Shown here: piece by piece, positions 1 to 8,024 of the stretch
How the letters are laid out: every line of letters begins with the position of its first letter
Position numbering within the stretch: the first letter of the stretch is position 1
Assembly (NCBI GenBank): GCA_963741525.1
Contig: CAVUIW010000002.1
Location: 77,284-141,283, forward strand
Length of the DNA: 64,000 nt
Direction: 5' to 3'
DNA from: an uncultured Alphaproteobacteria bacterium
GTDB lineage: Bacteria; Pseudomonadota; Alphaproteobacteria; Rhizobiales; Hyphomicrobiaceae
Translations under genes and position numbers: made by a program
Notes under the pieces: model-generated
Database searches by the model: none
The model's input: only the letters and a program-made list of their open reading frames with translations
Told to the model about the DNA's origin: nothing

Positions 1-2005
1 TTCGTTTCCAGTACCGCCTGCAATCTGATCGTCAAGTATTGTACCCGTGACGGTTCCGCTTGCGCCTTCGATCTGGAGCGCTCGCTCTATACCATGGATA
101 GTGATGATGGCAGTCGCAATCGAGGTATGTCCCTGACCGTCAGAGATGGTGTAGGTGAAGCTATCGGTTGCTATTTGGCCCAACTCTAGGCCATCGAATG
201 CGCCATTAGGATCATATGCGAAGCGGCCGTCGGGGTTGATCGTGAGGAGAGCGCTGGAGGCGAGCGTGATTTGATGACCAACGGCTGTGCCCAGGCCGTC
301 GGCGGCTACTACGCTGATCTGGTCGCCATCGGGATCAGTATCGGTCCCGCGACCGTTGTCGACGAGGAGATTGCCGGAAAGGGTCTGGTCACTACTTGTC
401 GAGACGAGGTCATCCTGAGCAACTGGTGCATAACCGGACTGCGGCGAGGCGAGAAAACTTCTGTAAATACTCAACGCTTGATCATAATAATAGCCAACTA
501 TTTCACCAGCATCATTGATGCCTTGAGGAACGACATCTGCTGGAATATCGATCGTTGTGTACACGCCGTGGTCGTAGGTAAAGCTATAATTGGGTCCCCC
601 CGCCGGGAGTCGATAGTAACCAACGATCACGCCGAGATTATTTATGTCCGAAACAAAAGTAGCCGCCGCGGTCGGATAGTCGATGATCGTAAATATACCG
701 CTGTCGTCAACAAATCCCCGCTCGGCAGTCTGACCTGTGGTAGAGTCTACGTAAGAGAAATTTCCGAGAATTTCTCCATGATCATTGATTCTACTGACCC
801 CTGTTGAAACTAAGCTGGAGATATCGAGTCCCGATGTAATTGCGTTATGGATATCTGTATAAACTCCGCCACTATATAGAAATGGGTGATACAATTATGC
901 TAACGGAAGTAAAACCGTAGGCATACGATCCAACAATCTCACCAAGATTGTTAATTCCAGACATCCTGGTTTGAGCCGTTCCGCCGGACGAATTAGTAAA
1001 TCGAAAATCACTAAAAGTATCATTGGTATACAAAAAACTCAATGGGTAACCAAATGAAATATCGGTAGACCACTGCCCGATGATGTCCCCCATATCATTG
1101 ATCGACGAAGTTTGTCTGGCATAAATGCCAGATGGAACTGGCGTGAAAGTGCCAGTGTCAACGTCATAAATCGCACTGCCCCCGGCGTTTGTATTTAAGG
1201 CTATCTGCCCTGAATTATTTATGTCAGCCGCAAAAGTTCTATAAGGAAATGGATAGTCAAATATTGTGTAGTCGTAGCTGCGAGGCTGAAGGACATCATT
1301 CGCCGCTTTGATCACTCCGTCGCTGAACTCAAAATTCTCCACGTTGTAAAACCAGTCATCGCCGTCCGCCCCGATGATACGCATAGCATTGGCTGAGCCA
1401 GAGACCGTGTAGCCTACGCCGAAAGTGTAGGAGAGAACTGCAGTGTCGACGCCACCCAAGTCTTTGTATTTCCAATCGCCATAGATTTTGTCGCTGCCAA
1501 GACCGCCTTGCAGCGTATCGTTGCCTGGCCCGCCGCGCAGGTCATTGTCATTGCTGTCGCCGACCACCGTATCGTTGCCGGCGCCCATCCAGACGTTCTC
1601 GATGCTGTTGAGGATCTCTGTATAGAACCCATCGAAGAAGGCTGATCCAGTACCTTGGCCTGTGCCATCGTCGAGGCGCACGAGGCCCGGGACAGTGGCG
1701 GGTTGATACGAGTAGTCAACCGTGTCGCTGCCAAGGCCGCCATCAAAAGTGTCTTTGCCGGCATAGCCCGTCAAAACGTCATTGCCGCCCTTGCCAAAAA
1801 TCTTCTCTCCGAGATCGGTGCCATACAGCTGCTCGGAGACTTCCTTGCCGACTATGTCCGCACCTGCATAGCTCGTCGGAGGTGTTGCCTCGCTCCCTGC
1901 ATAGCCCCCACCAATCGGATTGACGCCACCGTCAGTAGTATATCCGCCGGGTTGGGTCCCTGCCATTGGGTCGACCTGATCAACGGTGACATCCCCCACC
2001 AACAT
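1..2005 (-). pseudogene. Large secreted repeat protein: RTX-type Ca-binding nonapeptides, HAF-type repeats, then a cadherin/VCBS-like segment. The frame is broken once and the 3' end lies beyond the window start.
   Basis: ORF 872..2005 contains GKGGNDVLTGYAGKDTFDGGLGSD and GAGNDTVVGDSNDNDLRGGPGNDTLQGGLGSD, then INNSGQIA / INDMGDIIG / INNLGEIVG repeats, and stops at TAG 872-874. The minus-strand frame read from 894 down to 1 is stop-free (checked triplet by triplet). It continues the same repeats (YHPFLYSGGVYTDI, RINDHGEILG, DINNLGVIVG, GINDAGEIVG) and ends with DSFTYTISDGQGHTSIATAIITI. The frame switch must lie in 875-894. Confidence 0.6.
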
Positions 2006-2472
2006 TTATTTCTCCGTCGGAAAATCTGAGACGTTCAACCTCGTACAGTGTATCCTTTCCGTCGCCCAGGAAGTGGGTGAGGTTATTAATAGATATAAAC
2101 TCTGGTTTGACTTCTACAGTAATAACACCGCCGCCTAACGGTTTCCATACATAGTGATCCGATCGACCCAGGTAAACGGCAGTATCAAATCCGGTCTGTC
2201 CATAAATAGAAATCGTCACCTCCATTGCCTGCGAGAAAATCATTGCCACTTCCGCCGAACAAGTTGTCGGCCGCCGATCCTCCAACAATCCAGTCTCTGC
2301 CTTGACCTCCCAGCAGGTGATATCCGCTGTCGCCTCCAACGAGGAGAACACCTCCAGCTTGTTGGTCAATAGTAGGAGGTGCATCCGTTGAGTGGATTGT
2401 AGTTAGTGGTGTATTTCCCGTAGAGACTACGATCTTGGTAATTCCGCTTGTGTCAATTGTAGAAATCGGCAT
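1980..2472 (-). pseudogene. RTX-repeat module ending in a ...DTLYEVERLRFSDGEI type C-terminus; the frame is broken near 2205-2215
   Basis: The frame of ORF 2185..2544 reads from ATG 2472: MPISTIDTSG...GGDSGYHLLGGQGRDWIVGGSAADNLFGGSGNDFLAGNGGDDF, then stops. The frame of ORF 1980..2384 continues with YGQTGFDTAVYLGRSDHYVW...GDGKDTLYEVERLRFSDGEI. The nonapeptide register continues across a T-run (tatttat). It could alternatively be the C-terminus of the upstream lipase, because the ATG overlaps the lipase stop by 20 nt. Confidence 0.45.
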
Positions 2473-3718
2473 CGGTAGGTAGAAGTCCGGCTCCAAAAAG
2501 CGCTGTGCTTGCCGACGCCTCCAATGAAGCGATGAGATCGGCAACGCCTACGATACGATGTAGTCCGCTGCCATAAGTAGCTGTCCATTTCGCTGGATCC
2601 AGGTCGACGATTATCTTGCCTGTCGTGTTATCGACAGAAATTATCCCTTGATTGCCGGCCTCCGCATCCTCGGAGCGGGCTTTTGCAAGGTCGCCCGCGT
2701 ATTGAACCAAAATCTCAGACAGCGCCCTTCTTACGCCAGCGTTCGCAAGCATACTATTGCCCACATTGGCAGCGTATAGGCGCCCGAGATCATCAGCGTC
2801 ATTAAACATTGCTTTGATGGCTTGGTCACCAAATGGACGGCCGCCTTCTTCTAATGCAGAATATGCAATTGCCTGGCTCAGTTTAGCTCCAGGGCTATCG
2901 GGACCAGAGATTGCGCTTAGACCGGCAGCAATTGCAACCTGATCGCTAGACAACGCATCGATCAAAGGGCGACCAATCAAGTGCCAGTCTGTAAGTCCCT
3001 TTTCACTGGCATAGAGTAGGGTAGTAAGCAGTGCAATACTATGGAGGTCCTTTGGATTTCGAGGTCCCCCAAAACTCGACAACTCCGTTAAAGGGGTATT
3101 TTGCAATGCTCTAGCAGGCAATACGCCCTCAAGTACTTCCCCCTTGACATAGAAACCGTATGTATTCGTGGGAGGCACAGAAGGGTCAGGGAGAATGGGA
3201 CCGCTAGTGAATACTGGATCGATGAAGAGATTACCGGGGATGGTTTGGAACAAAGAAAAGTTGTGCAAAGATAATTCAAAAGTCATATTGTCAAATAGCG
3301 TCGCAGATGAACCATACAGGCCAGCTATAAATCCAGCAATCCCTCCTCCAAGTGAGTGACCGGTTAAATGAATGAGTGCCGGTGAAGCAGTCGCCGCGAT
3401 AGTCTGATAAAAAGTTGCAGCAAGTTTGGCATGGGAAGAAAGGTGAAAGTCACCTGATCCAAGTGGATAACCATGCGTACTATCCTTAAAAAATAGTTCG
3501 TCGGTTCCCCTGAAAGAGATTATTGTCTGGAGAGGTTGGCCGTCGGCGTCATGAAGTATATATGATTGAGCAAAGAAACCTTCTGGGCCGTTAAAATACG
3601 ACTCGCTCAGAGTAGCAAATCCAAGTGTTGTCTGGTCGCGTAAGTCAACGCCAAAAACCGATCCTCTATTGTAGGCATCCATAGCTAGGATTGCTGACAG
3701 AATGTTGCTGGAGGTCAA
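2453..3718 (-). CDS. Class-3 (GxSxG) lipase / alpha-beta hydrolase
   Basis: 421-aa ORF with ISFRGTD and the nucleophile elbow HLTGHSLGGGIAG. The TTG start at 3718 overlaps the TGA of the upstream gene (TTGA). An alternative ATG lies at 3682. Confidence 0.75.
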   Translation of the reverse strand: MTSSNILSAILAMDAYNRGSVFGVDLRDQTTLGFATLSESYFNGPEGFFAQSYILHDADGQPLQTIISFRGTDELFFKDSTHGYPLGSGDFHLSSHAKLAATFYQTIAATASPALIHLTGHSLGGGIAGFIAGLYGSSATLFDNMTFELSLHNFSLFQTIPGNLFIDPVFTSGPILPDPSVPPTNTYGFYVKGEVLEGVLPARALQNTPLTELSSFGGPRNPKDLHSIALLTTLLYASEKGLTDWHLIGRPLIDALSSDQVAIAAGLSAISGPDSPGAKLSQAIAYSALEEGGRPFGDQAIKAMFNDADDLGRLYAANVGNSMLANAGVRRALSEILVQYAGDLAKARSEDAEAGNQGIISVDNTTGKIIVDLDPAKWTATYGSGLHRIVGVADLIASLEASASTALFGAGLLPTDADFYN

Positions 3719-4512
3719 AGGTCACCTCGTTGTCGGAAAGCCTCGTAATAAGTCCTGAAATGATCGGTGTGGACCGGTCTCTTGTCGACATGGGTCTTGC
3801 TTGGATCACCGTCGACGGAAATCCATGGCGTGTCAGGTTCTTCCAGCCATGGCAGGTGTTTCTCGATCTCCTGCACGACCTCATCAGTCGTCGGCTCAAG
3901 AAATACACCATGCATGCTGTATCCAATGCCGAATACATCTTCGAATTCGTCCGGGTTGACAATCTTGCCGCTGGTCAAATTCCGCAAGTCGGCAAATGTC
4001 ACAAAGAGAGGCAAGTTGTCGTCCATGAGGGTTACCGAATCGACAGCGTTCAACCGCTCGCGGACGTTTGCCAATGTATAGTCGAAACCAAAGGCCTTAT
4101 AGGTCATCTCCGTAAATCCGCCATCCAATCCTTCTGGTCCTGTTCCGAAAATCGCGAATAAGTTTTTCCCATCGCCAAGATCAACGTAAACAGCATCACC
4201 TTTCAGAGTCGACCACCGTTTGTCGCCTCGATCCATTGATGGAACTGTGCCGATCTTTTCCTTCAATATGCTTGAACCAGCTCGCAAGCCTTGCGGTGTT
4301 TGAACAGCGATTGTCAATCTATATCGGAATGTGTAGGAAGGGTATGCCAATTGATAGTACGCAAAGAAAAGCCCGGATAAGGTCAGAATAATTATCAAAG
4401 CTCGGCATTGTTTGAATGTCGAACGCCAATCGGGTCCGAAAGATGGTCGCGAACCTCGGTCATATCTGGTAGTTTCGCGTGATCCGTCTCCTTGTCGTAA
4501 GAATGAAGACAT
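3715..4512 (-). CDS. Single-pass membrane-anchored protein of unknown function, translationally coupled to the lipase
   Basis: Internal ATG at 4512 (MSSFLRQGDG...), followed by one hydrophobic helix (ALIIILTLSGLFFAYYQLAY) and a soluble domain of about 200 aa. The longer ORF up to 4875 lacks coding character. I recognised no motif. Confidence 0.55.
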   Translation of the reverse strand: MSSFLRQGDGSRETTRYDRGSRPSFGPDWRSTFKQCRALIIILTLSGLFFAYYQLAYPSYTFRYRLTIAVQTPQGLRAGSSILKEKIGTVPSMDRGDKRWSTLKGDAVYVDLGDGKNLFAIFGTGPEGLDGGFTEMTYKAFGFDYTLANVRERLNAVDSVTLMDDNLPLFVTFADLRNLTSGKIVNPDEFEDVFGIGYSMHGVFLEPTTDEVVQEIEKHLPWLEEPDTPWISVDGDPSKTHVDKRPVHTDHFRTYYEAFRQRGDL

Positions 4513-5340
4513 AATGTACGCGATTATTTGAATTAGAAGGATATTTGAGTTATACACGGTGCGGTACGGGGATTTTCGACCTCCGCAAACAAGCCCGGCC
4601 GCAGAGACGGCGCGCTCACGAGCCGAACTTGGAACCGCGATGTCCACCGCCCAGCCCCTTGCGCTTGAAAGGTCTTCCCCCAATGCGAAACAGTCGATGT
4701 CGCGGTGACATGCCCTGATAGGGCAAACGTTCAATTGGCTTCGAAAATCATGCCGCCCCAGTCGGCGCAAGCCGCGCGACCTTTTTTCCTTTACGAGCTT
4801 AACTTTCAAAATCGCCAGGTCAAGTTGTGAGTGTGGACAATTGGGCATTCCGATCGCGACCTGGAGCTCGCTCATCGCAGGTCGCCAAAGCGTAACGCAT
4901 TGATTTTATTGAACTGGAGGGCAGGAACCGTCGTTCTGATTCGTGCTGCCTGAGGACCTCAGCTAACCACCCCGAGGAGCGATGTGGCTTGAGCATCGCA
5001 TGGGTTGTCCGCCGACGGGTCTGCGCCCGTTCATCAAATCCAGAAAGGAGGAGAGGCGATGGTTAGGTCTCGGAGCGGTTGCTCACGGACGCGGGCGATA
5101 TGTGTCGATATGCTCTGAAGTGTTCGAAGCGTCTGTGCCTCACGAGATGCCTTACAGCAAGGCATGCGTGCCTCGGCCGTGAGGCATGGGTGCTAGGCAC
5201 GTGATTGAGACCATTGCTACAGCAGAGCCGGTGAGGCGGCTGTCGGAGCGGTCTTCCAGTCCGGAAGCGCTCCCGTTTGGGGTGTCTGAGGATATGTTGA
5301 GGATAGGAAGGTGGGGACTTCAGCTAAGTCATTGATTTTG

Positions 5341-5417
5341 TGGTACCGCCTCCCCGGATCGAACGGGGGACCCCTAGATCCACAATCTAGTGCTCTAACC
5401 AGCTGAGCTAAGGCGGC
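5341..5417 (-). tRNA. tRNA-His (anticodon GTG), alphaproteobacterial type without G-1
   Basis: Reverse complement folds as GCCGCCT TA GCTC AGCTGGTTA GAGC A CTAGA TTGTGGA TCTAG GGGTC CCCCG TTCGATC CGGGG AGGCGGT A CCA. The cloverleaf is complete, the anticodon loop gives GTG, and CCA is encoded. Position 1:72 is G:U, the discriminator is A, and the genomic -1 base is T. Confidence 0.93.
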
Positions 5418-5580
5418 AGCCGTATGGGCGGCCGATGTGGGCGCCTGAATGGCCCTAGATAGCGGTGGGGCCGGGGCTTGGCAAGGCATTGCGATCGGTC
5501 GGGGTTACCATCGGCCGATCTGCGGATCAGGGCACGCCGTCGGCGCCGGGGCCGGATAAGCGGCCGCCCGCACGGCCCGC

Positions 5581-7398
5581 TCAAACCTGCCGGCCGAGAT
5601 GCCGCTCGATGATGCGCAGCATGTCCGGCCATTCGCGGTAGAGGATCTGGCCGCGCTCCGGATACGCGACGAGCGTGATGTTGGGTATCTCGCCGGCGTA
5701 CTCGCGCACCGTCTCGATCGGCGAGAAAGGGTCCTCGATACCGTGGAACAGATGGATCGGCACCGGACACTGGCGAAGCCGCTCGCTCCAGTCCTTCGAC
5801 AGGTTGGCGACGATCTCGGCGGCCCAGGCCTCATGTGCGGTGAAGGAGGGCGAAACGGAAATCTCGGATCCGCGCAGCATCGCCGCGTAGACCTCCTCGT
5901 CCTTGATCGCCTCGAGGTCGGCCGCGGAGCTCCCCATGACGAGCTGGACGAAGCGTTTCTGCCCAACGCGGCGCGCGAGCCCGAAAAAGGCAAGCGCGAG
6001 GTATCGCATGGAGCGCGGCGCATAGCGGGCGTTGGCTGCGACGAAGCGCGACCATTTCGCCATGCGCTGGTAGTGCTTCTGCGTCCGCGCCGGCAGCTCG
6101 GCCCCCGAGCCGACGATGCCGCTGACGCGCTCCGGGTGCCGGCAGGCGATCTCGACGGCGATGCGGATGTCGTCGGCGAGCGACCAGATGGGCCAGCGCA
6201 AGATGCCCAGATGCGCCATCAGCTCCAGCGTATCGGCGACAGTGACATCGTGCACATGCCGGTTGGCCGGCAACGGCGAGGAGCCGCCGTAGCCGGCCCG
6301 GACTGGCACGATCATGCGCAGGTTCCGCTCCTCCAGCGCCCGCTCGGCGGCCGGCAGCATACGGGTGAAGCCGATGCCGCTCGGCATCAGCATGAAGGGA
6401 TCGCCGGCGGGATCGCCGATAACGAGATAGTCGAGCCGGCGGCCGTCCGTGAGTTTCAGGGTTTGATAGGTGTTGTCGGAGAGCGTCGCGTGCCGGCCGG
6501 GTACCTGGCCGGGCAGGGCCTGCTCGGCGACATCGAGTAGCCCGAGCGTCATCCGGACGAGTTCGATCTGGGAACGAGTTGCGGTTTTCTCGAGCAGCGA
6601 GGCGACGTGCGAGCGGATGGTGGCCTCCGAGCGGCGATTCCGCAGGGCGATCTCGCCGACAGCGTGCCCGAGGGCCAGCTCCTTCAACACTTCGGTCTCG
6701 GCGGCTGTGAGGTCGAAGGTCGATTTGAGCATCTCCGTCAGCGAAGGCGGCCAGGTGAGCACGGTCGTCATCAGGCCGATGTGGTCGTCGTTGCCGGCGA
6801 TGGCCCGGACGAGCCGGATGAGGATCGGCATCGGCTGTCCGGCGATCCTCAGGCGAAGCATGCGGGCGTCGCTTTTTTCCGCCCCGCCGAGGCGAAGGAC
6901 CTCGCGCGTCAGGATTTCGCCATCGGCGGGTTCGATCGGCAGATCGGCGAGTGTCTGGCCGATGTCGACGCCAAGCGAGGTGCGTGCGCCCGGATTGGCG
7001 GCGATGACGGTGCCGGCCCGCGTCACCACGAGAGCTGCCGCCCGCGCGGTATTGACCCAGTCGCCGGCGGCGCCGGAGGATCGGCCTTCGGCCGCCATCA
7101 ACTGGCGCAGCACGATCTCGGTTCGCTCGATGTGGGCGAGGACCCGAGGCTCCTCGAGGACGCCGTAGCGTCGCGCACTGCGCGTGGCGGCGAGCCTGGC
7201 ATTCCAGCTGTCGAGCAAATGCTCGAGGCGATCGGGAGCAACGACGATGTCGTAGATCCGCTCGACGAGCGTTTGCAGGTCACCTTGTGAATCGGGCACG
7301 GGCTCACTCTGCCTGAAAACAATACTCCAGCGGCTCGAGCCCGTCCCTGAGTCTCGAAGCGCCACGCCTCGATAGCACCGGACACGGAGGTTTCGCAA
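5581..7398 (-). CDS. LuxR-family HTH regulator fused to a C-terminal alpha/beta-hydrolase domain
   Basis: LTAAETEVLKELALGHAVGEIALRNRRSEATIRSHVASLLEKTATRSQIELV is a LuxR/GerE-type HTH. The C-terminal half of about 280 aa looks hydrolase-fold-like. The start is uncertain; GTG at 7299 is also possible. Confidence 0.7.
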   Translation of the reverse strand: MRNLRVRCYRGVALRDSGTGSSRWSIVFRQSEPVPDSQGDLQTLVERIYDIVVAPDRLEHLLDSWNARLAATRSARRYGVLEEPRVLAHIERTEIVLRQLMAAEGRSSGAAGDWVNTARAAALVVTRAGTVIAANPGARTSLGVDIGQTLADLPIEPADGEILTREVLRLGGAEKSDARMLRLRIAGQPMPILIRLVRAIAGNDDHIGLMTTVLTWPPSLTEMLKSTFDLTAAETEVLKELALGHAVGEIALRNRRSEATIRSHVASLLEKTATRSQIELVRMTLGLLDVAEQALPGQVPGRHATLSDNTYQTLKLTDGRRLDYLVIGDPAGDPFMLMPSGIGFTRMLPAAERALEERNLRMIVPVRAGYGGSSPLPANRHVHDVTVADTLELMAHLGILRWPIWSLADDIRIAVEIACRHPERVSGIVGSGAELPARTQKHYQRMAKWSRFVAANARYAPRSMRYLALAFFGLARRVGQKRFVQLVMGSSAADLEAIKDEEVYAAMLRGSEISVSPSFTAHEAWAAEIVANLSKDWSERLRQCPVPIHLFHGIEDPFSPIETVREYAGEIPNITLVAYPERGQILYREWPDMLRIIERHLGRQV

Positions 7399-7410
7399 AT
7401 GCCAGTCTTG

Positions 7411-7989
7411 CTATTTCTGTGGACCGGTCTGCTCGGCCTCGACGACCAGTCTCAGCGGGCCGTTCGTCACAGCATCGAGCGGCCAGCAGGTCGCGAGGAC
7501 GATGCGGCGGACGCCGGCGCCGGGGTCGATGCCGAAGGCATCGAAGCGGACGACGCGGCTGCCGGTGACGCGAAACCGCCCCGTCATGCCGTCCGCGCGC
7601 TCGACGGCGATCTCGTCGCCGGGCACGAGATCACCAAGGAAATTGAAATGCGTGTCGCGGTGAGCGGCGATGACCGACGTACCGCGATCGCCCGGCAAGG
7701 GCGTGCCCGTGAGATGGCCGGGGCCGAAGGCGAGCGCCTGGCCGCTGCCGCCCGCAAGCACGATGGTGCTCTCGTCGAGACGAGGGACGCTGATACGGGC
7801 GACCGGCCAGGTATCCGCCCAGGACCAAGGCTTTACCGGCTGGCCGGTGGCGAGGCTTTCGGCAAAGGCGCGCTCGAGCAGCACTTGCGCGACTTGGGCT
7901 TTGACGGGGATGTAGAGCGCGTAGGCCGTGAGCACCAGACCCGCCGCGGCCAAGAGGGCCGCGGCGGTGAGGCGGAGCGGGATCTGCAC
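7411..7989 (-). CDS. Class GN (proteobacterial) sortase
   Basis: 192 aa with an N-terminal membrane anchor, AAHRDTHF (His motif) and IVLATCWP (catalytic Cys). It lies directly downstream of an LPxTA-tailed protein. Confidence 0.8.
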   Translation of the reverse strand: MQIPLRLTAAALLAAAGLVLTAYALYIPVKAQVAQVLLERAFAESLATGQPVKPWSWADTWPVARISVPRLDESTIVLAGGSGQALAFGPGHLTGTPLPGDRGTSVIAAHRDTHFNFLGDLVPGDEIAVERADGMTGRFRVTGSRVVRFDAFGIDPGAGVRRIVLATCWPLDAVTNGPLRLVVEAEQTGPQK

Positions 7990-8024
7990 TCCGCCTCGAA
8001 GGGCCGCGGGAGGGGGGGACGGCC

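Noticed and set aside
271-807. 178-aa plus-strand ORF in the AT-richer block
   Set aside because: It is the antisense shadow of the HAF/cadherin-like reading frame, which is open on the minus strand from 894 to 1 and has clear repeat motifs. The plus-strand product has no coding features.
4982-5182. 66-aa ORF and nested hairpins (gtgcctcac.../atgccttacagcaaggcat) between the island genes and the tRNA
   Set aside because: The ORF has no coding signature. The hairpins might be a terminator or sRNA, but I have no supporting evidence beyond self-complementarity.
4898-5339. 10-nt direct repeat cattgatttt at 4898-4907 and 5330-5339, next to the tRNA-His 3' end, as a possible att remnant
   Set aside because: It is too short to distinguish from chance in AT-richer DNA, and it does not include tRNA sequence.
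1-5340. Searched the AT-richer block and all repeat loci for an integrase, transposase or RAYT gene
   Set aside because: None is present in this window, so mobility of the island and of the MITE-like elements remains inferred only from structure and from the split GIY-YIG gene.
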